A stretch of 64,000 bases of DNA from an uncultured Arcobacteraceae bacterium. GTDB lineage: Bacteria; Campylobacterota; Campylobacteria; Campylobacterales; Arcobacteraceae. Made by a program: the position numbers and the translations under genes. Shown one piece after another: positions 48,995 through 58,398 of the stretch (positions are counted from its first letter, which is position 1; every line of letters begins with the position of its first letter). The notes under the pieces are model-generated. The model saw only the letters and a list, made by a program, of their open reading frames with translations, had not been told where the DNA came from and did not search any database. The stretch spans positions 128,001-192,000 of the forward strand of contig CAXHZO010000003.1 in the NCBI GenBank assembly GCA_964022095.1. The letters run 5' to 3'.

Positions 48995-50443
48995 ATGTTA
49001 GCTGAAATTAATTCGTTTATGAATGACTTAATCTGGGGTAATATATTAATTTATTTATTACCAATTTTAGGAATATTTTTCACAATTAGTTCTAGGTTTG
49101 TTCAATTTAGATACTTTTTTAAAATGTTTAACATTTTAAGAGATACTGCACATGATAAAGAGGGGCATATTAGTTCTTTTCAAGCTTTAATGCTAAGTGT
49201 TGCAGGTAGAGTTGGTGGAGGAAATATTGCAGGTGTTGCTGTTGCTATTACTCTTGGAGGTCCAGGTGCAGTATTTTGGATGTGGCTAATTGGACTAATT
49301 GGTATGGCTACGAGTTTCTTTGAGTGTTCTTTAGCACAATTATATAAAGAAAAAGATGGCGTAGATTGTAAAGTATATAGAGGAGGGCCTGCCTATTATG
49401 CTACTAAGGCATTAGGTCAAAGATGGCTTGGTATAGTTATCTCAATTTTACTTATGATTACATTTGGATTTGCATTTAATGCAACTCAATCATTTATTAT
49501 TACTACATCAATTGAATCTTCATTTTCAATTCCTACTTATGTAACTGGAGTTTTATTAACATTTGTTTTTGCTATTGCAGTATTTGGTGGAATTAAAAGA
49601 ATTACGAAACTATCAGAAGTTATTGTTCCTATTATGGCTGTTAGTTATTTACTTATTGCAGTAGTTGTAATTACTTTAAATATTGAAAAAATTCCTGATT
49701 TATTTATGCTAATTGTAAATGAAGCCTTTAACCCAAGTACAGCAATTGCTGGTGGTATTGGTGCAGTTATTTTACAAGGTGCAAAAAGAGGTATGTTCTC
49801 AAATGAAGCAGGACTTGGAAGTGCACCTAATGTTGCAGCAGTTGCTTATGTAGCACACCCAGTACAACAAGGTATTGTTCAGTCATTCTCAGTATTTATT
49901 GATACAATTATCTTATGTTCTTGTACAGCATTTATTATTCTTTTATCTGGTGTTTATGTTCCAGGTAGTGAAGGTGTTCAAGGTGTTTTATTAACTCAAA
50001 ATGCATTAATTGAGCATATTGGGCCATTTGGTGGATACTTTGTTACATTTGCATTGTTATTATTTGGTTTTTCTTCAATGTTATATAACTACTACTTAGC
50101 AGAAAATAGTCTTAACTTTTTCTCAAAAGGAAATGTGACACTATTTAATGCTTTTAGAGTATTTTGTATAGTTTTAATTATTTGGGGTTCAATGCAAGAT
50201 TTAGGTTCTATTTTTACATTTGCTGATTTATCTATGGGATTATTAGCTGTTATAAATATGATTGTAATTGCATTATTATATAAACCAGTTCTAGCATTGA
50301 TTAAAGGTTATGATAAACAAATTAAAGAGGGTAAAAAACCAGTTTTAAGATATAATAATTATAATGAATTTAATATTGATGAAGATACTTGGAAAGAAAT
50401 CGTTGATAATATTAATGATACAAGATCTAAAGAAAAAGTGTAA
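48995..50443 (+). CDS. Alanine/glycine:cation symporter (AGCS) family protein
   Basis: AGRVGGGNIAGVA, GGPGAVFWMW, RGMFSNEAGLGSAP. Confidence 0.94.
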   Translation: MLAEINSFMNDLIWGNILIYLLPILGIFFTISSRFVQFRYFFKMFNILRDTAHDKEGHISSFQALMLSVAGRVGGGNIAGVAVAITLGGPGAVFWMWLIGLIGMATSFFECSLAQLYKEKDGVDCKVYRGGPAYYATKALGQRWLGIVISILLMITFGFAFNATQSFIITTSIESSFSIPTYVTGVLLTFVFAIAVFGGIKRITKLSEVIVPIMAVSYLLIAVVVITLNIEKIPDLFMLIVNEAFNPSTAIAGGIGAVILQGAKRGMFSNEAGLGSAPNVAAVAYVAHPVQQGIVQSFSVFIDTIILCSCTAFIILLSGVYVPGSEGVQGVLLTQNALIEHIGPFGGYFVTFALLLFGFSSMLYNYYLAENSLNFFSKGNVTLFNAFRVFCIVLIIWGSMQDLGSIFTFADLSMGLLAVINMIVIALLYKPVLALIKGYDKQIKEGKKPVLRYNNYNEFNIDEDTWKEIVDNINDTRSKEKV

Positions 50444-50460
50444 GCACTAGGCTTACACTT
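50436..50460 (+). terminator. Hairpin at the end of the AGCS gene
   Basis: AAGTGTAAGC-actag-GCTTACACTT. Confidence 0.6.
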
Positions 50461-50476
50461 GATGTTGAGGTGAAAT

Positions 50477-51583
50477 ATGTTTAATAAAGAAGGAATACCT
50501 TTTTTTATAATTACAATTCCATTTTTATGTGTTATATTTATAGCCGTATTCTCAACATCATACTATTTGAAAGTTACTCAAGAAAACTTTGAAAAACAAA
50601 AACAAGAAATAATATTAAACTTCCCAAATAAAGCACAACAGATAATTCAAAAAAAGAGTGACGATCTAAAAAAACAACATAATGATTTTCAAAATTTTAT
50701 GTTAACTATGACAACTATTTTATTGGTTTTTTTAGCTCTTTTCTCTTATTTAATGATGACTATCATTCAAGATTTAATTAAAAAATATGTAGACAAAGTA
50801 AATTTAAAAGAGAAAAAATTACAGCATTTAAATAAAAATTTAGAAACAAAAGTTCAAGCAGGTATTCTAGAAGCAAAACAAAAAGATAGAAAAATTTTAG
50901 AACAAGCTAAATTAGCAAGAATTGGTTCTTTAATTAGTATGATAGCTCATCAATGGAGACAACCTTTAAGTCAATTAAGTGCAATTTTAATGCAACTTGA
51001 AACTGCTACAAGATTTAAAAAAGTGAATGAAGAACACATATATAAAGCTATTGAAAAAAGCGATGAAATGATTGAATTTATGTCAAATACAATCGATGAT
51101 TTTAGAAATTTTTATAAGCCTGATAAAACAAAAGAGGAGTTTTTATTATCAGATTCATGTAAAAAAGCAATAAGTATTATTGATGCAACTCTATATAATT
51201 TGGATATAAAACTTAATATAAATGTTATTGATGATAAAAAGATATTTGGCTACCCAACTGAGTTTTCACAAGTAATTTTAAATATTTTATCAAATGCCAA
51301 AGATATTTTAGTAGAAAAGAAAATTCAGAACCCTACAATCAATCTAAGTATTGAAAAAAAAGGAATTTTGGGAATTATAGAAATAGAAGACAACGCAGGT
51401 GGTATTAGTGAAAAAAATTTGGAGCTAATTTTTGATCCTTATTTTAGTACAAAAGACTCTTCAAAAGGCACAGGTCTTGGTCTTTATGTTTCAAAATTAA
51501 TTGTTGAAAAAAATATGGGTGGAGAGCTAAGTGTCCATAATAGTAAAAATGGTGCAGTTTTTAAGATAATAATAGCAGGATAG
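50477..51583 (+). CDS. Sensor histidine kinase with a very short periplasmic loop
   Basis: MIAHQWRQPL, NILSNAKD, GTGLGL; two TM segments. Confidence 0.9.
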   Translation: MFNKEGIPFFIITIPFLCVIFIAVFSTSYYLKVTQENFEKQKQEIILNFPNKAQQIIQKKSDDLKKQHNDFQNFMLTMTTILLVFLALFSYLMMTIIQDLIKKYVDKVNLKEKKLQHLNKNLETKVQAGILEAKQKDRKILEQAKLARIGSLISMIAHQWRQPLSQLSAILMQLETATRFKKVNEEHIYKAIEKSDEMIEFMSNTIDDFRNFYKPDKTKEEFLLSDSCKKAISIIDATLYNLDIKLNINVIDDKKIFGYPTEFSQVILNILSNAKDILVEKKIQNPTINLSIEKKGILGIIEIEDNAGGISEKNLELIFDPYFSTKDSSKGTGLGLYVSKLIVEKNMGGELSVHNSKNGAVFKIIIAG

Positions 51584-51586
51584 ATT

Positions 51587-52261
51587 ATGAATACATTTGA
51601 TTTAGAAGAATTAAAAGATATGTCAATACTTTGTGTTGAAGATGAAGAGGGTATTAGACAAAATATAGTTAAGACTTTAGAATTTTATTTTAATAATGTA
51701 TATGAAGCTAGTGATGGAATTGAGGGCTTTGAACTATATGAATATTATAGACCAAAAATAGTTTTAACAGATATTCAAATGAAAAACTCAGATGGTATTG
51801 AGCTTGTAAAAAAAATTAGAGAAAATGATCCAAAAACTATTGTAATAATGCTTACTGCTCATTCCAATGAAGAGTATTTACTTGAGCTTATAAATTTAAA
51901 TATTAGTCATTTTATTTTAAAACCATTAAATACAAAAAAACTAAATGAGGCTTTTTCTAAAATTCTTACAAAACAAGATAATCAAATACTTTTAAATGAA
52001 GATTTAATATTAGATTTGAAAAAAAGAGAGCTTATTTATAAAGAAGAAATTATATTTTTAAGAAAAAGGGAGAAGGATTTTCTAAGTCTTTTATTTAGTA
52101 AAAAAGGCTCTATTTTAACTTATGAGGAAATAGAGTTTGAAATTTGGCAAGACAAAGAGATGACAAATCATGCTTTAAAATCTTTAGTAAAAGAGATTAG
52201 AAATAAACTACCAATAAATGTGATAAAAAATGTTCCCCAAGAGGGCTATACTTTAGTTTAA
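51587..52261 (+). CDS. OmpR-family response regulator
   Basis: CVEDE, TDIQM, KP; winged helix. Confidence 0.9.
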   Translation: MNTFDLEELKDMSILCVEDEEGIRQNIVKTLEFYFNNVYEASDGIEGFELYEYYRPKIVLTDIQMKNSDGIELVKKIRENDPKTIVIMLTAHSNEEYLLELINLNISHFILKPLNTKKLNEAFSKILTKQDNQILLNEDLILDLKKRELIYKEEIIFLRKREKDFLSLLFSKKGSILTYEEIEFEIWQDKEMTNHALKSLVKEIRNKLPINVIKNVPQEGYTLV

Positions 52262-53412
52262 AAACTAAAGTTAGCCATTTTCATAAGGGTAATACTTACA
52301 GGTTTTATTAAATTGTCATTAAAATCATAATAGACATTATGACAAGGTTTTTGATGTTTCTCAACTCCATCATCACTTCCAATTAGAGCAAAAGCTCCAG
52401 GAATTGTGTTTAAATAGTAACTAAAATCTTCACTTGCCATAATTGGAGTTGGAAGATCACTTTTCCAATCTTTTCCTAAAGTTTCTTCTAATTTTTCTCT
52501 CATCATAGAAGCTTGCAAATTATGATTTATAGTTGCACCATATCTATCTCTTAATTCGATTTCAACTTCAACTCCATAAGAATCAGCAGTATTTTTAGTA
52601 ATAGTTTTAATTTGCTCAAATACAAAAGTTTTTAACTCATCAGTTGGAACTCTAATACTTCCTTCTAACATAACACTTCCAGGAATTGATGTGACATCAC
52701 TTTTCCCATCAATTGAAGTAACTGATACAACTGCACTATCTTGAGGAGATACTTTTCTGCTTATAATTTGTTGTAGATTTAATGTAATTGCACTAGCAGC
52801 TAAAACTGGATCAATACAAAGTTCAGGTTGAGAAGAATGACCACCTTTTCCTATAACTTTAATATGAAAAGTTCCATTTCCTGCCATAACTGTACCATCT
52901 GGGCAAACTGCTTGACCAAATTTTATAGCAGGCCAATTGTGCCAACCAAATATCATATCAACACCTTCTAAACATCCTTCTTCAATCATCTTTTTAGCAC
53001 CATGACCTCCCTCTTCAGCAGGTTGAAATACTAAAGAGACTGGATTTGTAAGTTTATCTTCATTCTCTTTTAGCCAAATAGCAGCTGCTATTAAAGTAGC
53101 AGTATGTCCATCGTGCCCACAAGCATGCATACATTGAGGTTTTTGTGATTTATAAGACACATCAGTTTTTTCTTCTAATGGAAGGGCATCTATATCACCT
53201 CTTAAAGCAATATGAGGTCCAACTTTGTCTTGTGCCAAAAGACCTACTGTTCCAGTATTTGCATAGGTTTTATAAGGAATTCCATGTTGTTCTAAAACTT
53301 CTCTAATATTTTTTGCTGTATCTGTCTCTTCCCATTTTAATTCAGGGTTTTTATGTAGGTTATGCCTAAAGTTTATAGCATACTCTACTACTTCATCAAA
53401 ATTTTTATACAT
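52258..53412 (-). CDS. doeB2: M20 amidohydrolase, probable N-acetyl-diaminobutyrate deacetylase (DoeB2-like)
   Basis: LRGDIDAL, MHACGHDGH, FQPAEEGG, SEDF; lies directly downstream of doeA. Confidence 0.7.
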   Translation of the reverse strand: MYKNFDEVVEYAINFRHNLHKNPELKWEETDTAKNIREVLEQHGIPYKTYANTGTVGLLAQDKVGPHIALRGDIDALPLEEKTDVSYKSQKPQCMHACGHDGHTATLIAAAIWLKENEDKLTNPVSLVFQPAEEGGHGAKKMIEEGCLEGVDMIFGWHNWPAIKFGQAVCPDGTVMAGNGTFHIKVIGKGGHSSQPELCIDPVLAASAITLNLQQIISRKVSPQDSAVVSVTSIDGKSDVTSIPGSVMLEGSIRVPTDELKTFVFEQIKTITKNTADSYGVEVEIELRDRYGATINHNLQASMMREKLEETLGKDWKSDLPTPIMASEDFSYYLNTIPGAFALIGSDDGVEKHQKPCHNVYYDFNDNLIKPVSITLMKMANFSF

Positions 53413-53434
53413 ATGATTCCTTTTTTAATTTGAA

Positions 53435-53908
53435 CTATTTTATAAAAAGTTGTCTTGGAAAGTTACTTAAAGTTTCAACTCCATCTTTAGTAATTAAAAT
53501 ACTCTCTGTAATTTCAACTCCCCAATCTTCTTGCCAAATACCAGGCATAAAGTGAAATGTCATTCCAGGCTCTAATACTGTTAAGTCAGTACTTCTTAAA
53601 CTACAAGTTCTCTCACCCCAATCAGGTGGATAACTAACTCCTATTGGATATCCATATCTTGCATCATTTCTATCAATTCCATATTTATCCATAACACTTT
53701 GCGCCGCATTTGCAATATCAGCTGTTGTATTTCCCGGTCTTGCCATTTCAAGTCCTGCTTCAATAGTCTCTTGTAAAGCTTTTTGGGCATCTAGAAATTT
53801 TTGACTTGGTTTCCCCATGTAAATAGTTCTAGACATTGGGGCATGATATCTTTTATAACATCCAGATATTTCAAAAAAAGTAGCTTCATTTTTTTTAAAT
53901 GGGCTACC
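53435..53908 (-). pseudogene. doeA: Ectoine hydrolase DoeA (M24 family), 3' part only
   Basis: PFKKNEATFFEISGCYKRYHAPMSRT, GYPIGVSYPPDWGERT, GMTFHFMPG; frame closes at 53918-53920 with no start codon for a full-length gene. Confidence 0.85.
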
Positions 53909-53993
53909 CTTTAAAACTTATACATGTATTACCTTATCTGAAAAACCAGTAGAAACTTCAAGTGATGAAGAAGATGATTGGAATACTTTTTAA
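53907..53993 (+). pseudogene. Orphan 3' tail of an unidentified gene
   Basis: PFKTYTCITLSEKPVETSSDEEDDWNTF*, coding-like, begins at the doeA break. Confidence 0.55.
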
Positions 53994-54073
53994 AATACTT
54001 ACCTAAAATTTAAGAGATATGAAATCAAAGCCTTTATATACTTAAGCCATATAAAAATTATGGAGAGATAATT

Positions 54074-54781
54074 ATGAGTAAAAAAAGAGCTTTAATCACA
54101 GGTGGAAATAAAGGTATTGGTTTAGCAGTATCAGCAGCACTACTTGAACTTGACTATGAGATTGTAGTGGTTGCAAGAAATTTTGATAACTTCCAATTAG
54201 GTGGCTTACCAAATGTAACGGAAATTCAGTATGATTTATCAGATATTGAAAACTTACCAGTTTTAGCTAAAGAAGTTGGCGAAATAGATGTACTTATAAA
54301 CAACGCAGGTTATATGCAGCCAAAATACACTTATGACAACTATCCAAAAGAAGCAAAAGAACACTTAATGAATGTAGACTTACATGCACCAGTTGAGCTT
54401 ATGAATCTTTTTAGTGTTGGCATGAAAAAAAGAAAATATGGAAGAATAGTAAATACAGCTTCAATCGCAGGTCAAATAGGTCACCCAGATGTATGGTATG
54501 GTATTGCAAAAGCAGGACTTATAAATGCTACTAAAATCTATGGAAAACTTCTTGGAAGTGATGGAATTACAGTAAATTGTGTAGCTCCAAGTGCTGCTGA
54601 AACTGATATGCAAAATGACAATGATGAAAAAAGAAAAGCAGCCTTTAAAGCAGCAGTTGTTACAAATAGATTTGCAGAACCTGAAGAAGTTGCAAAAGCT
54701 ATTGTTTGGTTAGCTACTGATTGTCCTGAGTATATAAATGGTATTACTATAGATATAAACAACACTTTCTACGCAAGATAA
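54074..54781 (+). CDS. Short-chain dehydrogenase/reductase
   Basis: TGGNKGIG, NNAG, catalytic YGIAK. Confidence 0.92.
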   Translation: MSKKRALITGGNKGIGLAVSAALLELDYEIVVVARNFDNFQLGGLPNVTEIQYDLSDIENLPVLAKEVGEIDVLINNAGYMQPKYTYDNYPKEAKEHLMNVDLHAPVELMNLFSVGMKKRKYGRIVNTASIAGQIGHPDVWYGIAKAGLINATKIYGKLLGSDGITVNCVAPSAAETDMQNDNDEKRKAAFKAAVVTNRFAEPEEVAKAIVWLATDCPEYINGITIDINNTFYAR

Positions 54782-54858
54782 AACTTTTTATTTAAACATC
54801 AAAATAATAAAACATACATAAAACATAGATATAATAATATATTTTTTAATTACTCTTT

Positions 54859-54894
54859 TAGAACACTTGTTCTATAATTAGAACAAATGTTCTA
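54859..54894 (+). promoter_or_regulatory. Twin 16-bp palindromic operators flanking the -10 box of the tetR operon
   Basis: TAGAACACTTGTTCTA (54859-54874) and TAGAACAAATGTTCTA (54879-54894); TATAAT at 54873-54878. Confidence 0.8.
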
Positions 54895-54905
54895 AAAGGT
54901 ATTTT

Positions 54906-55544
54906 ATGACAAGTAGAAAAAATCTAATAATTCAAGAATCAATAAATCTTTTTAATGAAAAGGGTTGTATAAATACAAGCACTAGACACATAGCTTCAAA
55001 GCTTGGTATTAGTGTAGGAAATTTGTACTATTATTTTAAAAATAAAGAAGAGATTATCATAGCTATTTATGAAGAGTTTATGTCTTTGATATCAAAACAG
55101 CTTACAAGTGTAAAAGATGGACAAGATTTAGCCTTTGATTATTATGATTTTTTACAACAACAAATGACTTATGAGTTAAAGTATCGTTTTTTCAGACTTG
55201 AACTTAACAATATCTATCAAAACTACCCCAAAGTAAAAGAGGCTTTTGAACAAAGTCATATTCAAAAAAAACAGCAAATAAAATATGTTTACACCCATCA
55301 AATAAAATATGGATATATGAAAAGTCTAGATGAAGATGAACTTGATTTTTTAGTATCAAATACTTGGATTATTGTAACTCAATGGGAAATTTATTGGCTC
55401 ATAGATAAGTTGGATGATGAAAAGCAAAGAAGAAGAAATGGTATTTTAAATATTCTATATTTTATAAAACCTTATATGACAATAAAAGGTTTAGAAGATA
55501 CAAATCTATTAACTTCAATTAATTATTTAAACAAAAAGGCATAA
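54906..55544 (+). CDS. TetR/AcrR-family regulator
   Basis: LFNEKG...STRHIASKLGISVGNLYYYFKNKEEI HTH. Confidence 0.93.
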   Translation: MTSRKNLIIQESINLFNEKGCINTSTRHIASKLGISVGNLYYYFKNKEEIIIAIYEEFMSLISKQLTSVKDGQDLAFDYYDFLQQQMTYELKYRFFRLELNNIYQNYPKVKEAFEQSHIQKKQQIKYVYTHQIKYGYMKSLDEDELDFLVSNTWIIVTQWEIYWLIDKLDDEKQRRRNGILNILYFIKPYMTIKGLEDTNLLTSINYLNKKA

Positions 55545-55545
55545 G

Positions 55546-57300
55546 ATGAGAAGAGTTTTTATTTTGATATTTATAGTTTTTACAAGCCTTGCTTTTAGTG
55601 AAAATTATAGTCTAAAGTTAGTTGTGGATAAAACATCACAAACTTATATACAAGCCATAAAAAAAGAGAGTGAAAAACTTTTTTCAAGTAGTGATAAAAT
55701 AAACTATAAGATAGAAGTGTGTTCTAAATATTGTCAAAATTTATTAAAAAGTAAAAATGCAGTCTTTTTATTAAATAGTATAGGCTCAAAGCCTAAAAAA
55801 GTAGACTCATATATAGTTACATATAATCTAATATCATCTATTTATGATGAAAATAGAGTCATACGAACTACTGCTTTAGGTATTTTTGAGTATCTAAAAG
55901 AGAAAAAAAGAAAAACTATACATATAAAAAACAAAGCTTTAGTTTTCAAAGAAGAAAACAAAAATCTAAAAACTTTAAATCTAAAAGAGGTTTTAAATCT
56001 GGCTGTAAAAAACAATCTTAAAATAAAAAGAAACCAAAACAGCATAAAACTTCAAGAAATAGGTGTTCATGAAACAAAAAGTTTATATAAACCAAAAATA
56101 GATATTTTTTCAAACTATATAGAAATTGATGAAGATAGAGCACTTGCTAGTAGAGGTCTAAATCCTCAAAGAACAATGGAAGCTGGTGTGAAAGTGTCTC
56201 AACTAATATATTCAAATAAGGTTTTGAAAAATATAGAGATAAATAAACTTTTATATAAATCTACAAAACAAGAAGCCAAGGCTCTAGATGATGAGATTTT
56301 ATATAAAGCAACGTTGATATATCTAAACATAATAAAAGCAAAAGAGTATAAGCAAATAATTAAAATAAAACATGATTTTATACAAAGAAATCTTTTATTT
56401 GCAAAACAAAGAGTTCAAATAGGAGTTCAAGATAGAAGTGATGTATATAGATGGCAAAGTGAATTAGCAAATGCAAATATTCAATTGGCAACTTCTAAAA
56501 AAGAGTTAAAAAAGCTAAAAGTGGAATTATCAAACTTACTTAGAATAAAAAATGAGTATGATTTTTTAGAGTATGGACTAAACTCAAAACTTTTTAAACT
56601 TTTAAATAAAGATGCAATTGCATATCTTAAAGATGTGAAAGTTCAAGAAGCTTTTACAAAAAATATAGTTCATACACATCCAAGATTAAAACAAATAAAA
56701 GAGCTAATAAAAGCAAAAAATGAACACTTACAAATGAATAAAGACTCTTATTATTTACCAAGTATTGCCTTTGAGGGAAGTGCTAAAAAAGTTCTAAAAA
56801 GAGGTGGTGAAGCATCTGATTTACCAAGAACTTGGGACGATAAAGAGTATCAAGCTGTTATTAATCTAAATCTTCCTTTATATGAAGGTGGAGTTAAAAA
56901 ATCAAAGATTCAAAAAAATGAAGTAGAACTAATCGATTTAAAACTTCAATACAATGATGTAAAAAATCTAATAATAGAAAATGTAAGAAAAAACTATGAG
57001 TCACTATCTCACTCTTACTCAAAAATATCATATTCAAAGGACTCATTGAGCTCTTCAAAAAAGAATTATGAGTTAATTGAAGATAAATATAAAAAAGGAA
57101 AAGAGAATATTATCTCACTTTTAGATGCTCAAAACTCATATATAGTTTCAAAGTTAAATCTAAGTATTTCAAATATTGAATATCTAGTGGATTTAAGTTC
57201 TATTTATTTTTTTAGTGGACGAATAGATATTTTACTTGATGAGATAAAAAAAGAAGAAGTTGAAAGAAAAATACAAGAGATTATAAAGGATAAAAATTGA
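55546..57300 (+). CDS. TolC-family outer membrane protein with N-terminal extension
   Basis: LNLKEVLNLAVKNN, YLPSI, LNLPLYEGG and LLDAQ motifs. Confidence 0.88.
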   Translation: MRRVFILIFIVFTSLAFSENYSLKLVVDKTSQTYIQAIKKESEKLFSSSDKINYKIEVCSKYCQNLLKSKNAVFLLNSIGSKPKKVDSYIVTYNLISSIYDENRVIRTTALGIFEYLKEKKRKTIHIKNKALVFKEENKNLKTLNLKEVLNLAVKNNLKIKRNQNSIKLQEIGVHETKSLYKPKIDIFSNYIEIDEDRALASRGLNPQRTMEAGVKVSQLIYSNKVLKNIEINKLLYKSTKQEAKALDDEILYKATLIYLNIIKAKEYKQIIKIKHDFIQRNLLFAKQRVQIGVQDRSDVYRWQSELANANIQLATSKKELKKLKVELSNLLRIKNEYDFLEYGLNSKLFKLLNKDAIAYLKDVKVQEAFTKNIVHTHPRLKQIKELIKAKNEHLQMNKDSYYLPSIAFEGSAKKVLKRGGEASDLPRTWDDKEYQAVINLNLPLYEGGVKKSKIQKNEVELIDLKLQYNDVKNLIIENVRKNYESLSHSYSKISYSKDSLSSSKKNYELIEDKYKKGKENIISLLDAQNSYIVSKLNLSISNIEYLVDLSSIYFFSGRIDILLDEIKKEEVERKIQEIIKDKN

Positions 57301-58397
57301 AAAATTTAGTTTTAGCCATATTTATTTTAGTAGCTTTTACTGCTTGCCAAGAAAAAGAAGAAAAAGTGGAAAAACAAGATATTAAAACAGTATTTGCTAC
57401 TTTACCAATAGCTAAAGATTCAAATGAAAATAGAGTTTTTAACGCAACTGCTATTTCAAATAATGAAACAAAATTAAGCTTCAAAGTTGAAGGAAACATC
57501 ACATATCTAAAAGCAAAAATAGGTGATGAAGTAAAAAAAGATGAGTTAATAGCAAAGTTGGATTCAAAACCTTATGAGCTAAGAGTTTCTCAAATAAGAT
57601 ATGCCCTAAGTGAAGCAAAGGCAAGTTTGCAAAATGCCAAAAGCAGTTATGAAAGAGTAAAAAAACTATACATAAATCAAAATGCAAGTGTAAGTGATAT
57701 AGATAAAGCAAAAGCAGCTTATGAAGCTACAAATGCAAAGGTTAAAAATATCACAAAAGAGTTAGAGTATGCAAAACTAAAACTTTCATACACAAAACTT
57801 TATTCACCAATGAATGGGTATATTTCACTAAAGTATGTACATGAAAATGAAAATGTAGCAGTAGGAACACCTATTGTTTTAATAGGAGATAAACTAATTG
57901 ATGAAGTATCAGTACAAGTTCCTGAATCAATCATAAATAGAATAGAGCAAAATGATTTAGTAAAAGTAGTATTTCCTTCACTTGATAAAAACAGAGTATT
58001 TACAGCAAAAGTAAAAGAAGTATCAAAGTATGCTTCATCTAAAAGTAAAACCTATAAAGTAGTGGTAAAACTAAAAAATAGTTCAAAACTAATCAAGTCA
58101 GGTATGTCAGCAGATGTTTATTTTAATCTTTTAGATTCTTCAAAAAATAGTATTTATTGTGTTCCTTCAAATAGTGTTTTAAATGATAAAGAGGGATATT
58201 TTGTATATACCCTTAAAAAAGATGAAAAAGATTATGTGATTAAAAAAACTATTGTAAAAGTAGGGGAGTTAACTACTGATGGCTTTGAAATACTTGAGGG
58301 ATTAAAAAGTGATGATTTAGTTTTAAAAGCGGGAATGAGTGAAGTTTACGAGCAAATGAAAGTAAAAGTATCAAATATCAAAGATTTAGGAAAATAA
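57297..58397 (+). CDS. RND periplasmic adaptor (MFP) lipoprotein
   Basis: Lipobox FTAC, LSFKVEG, LYSPMNGYI, SGMSA. Confidence 0.9.
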   Translation: MKNLVLAIFILVAFTACQEKEEKVEKQDIKTVFATLPIAKDSNENRVFNATAISNNETKLSFKVEGNITYLKAKIGDEVKKDELIAKLDSKPYELRVSQIRYALSEAKASLQNAKSSYERVKKLYINQNASVSDIDKAKAAYEATNAKVKNITKELEYAKLKLSYTKLYSPMNGYISLKYVHENENVAVGTPIVLIGDKLIDEVSVQVPESIINRIEQNDLVKVVFPSLDKNRVFTAKVKEVSKYASSKSKTYKVVVKLKNSSKLIKSGMSADVYFNLLDSSKNSIYCVPSNSVLNDKEGYFVYTLKKDEKDYVIKKTIVKVGELTTDGFEILEGLKSDDLVLKAGMSEVYEQMKVKVSNIKDLGK

Positions 58398-58398
58398 G

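Noticed and set aside
54859-54894. LexA/SOS box interpretation
   Set aside because: The position directly before a TetR gene makes autoregulation more parsimonious; there is no DNA-repair context
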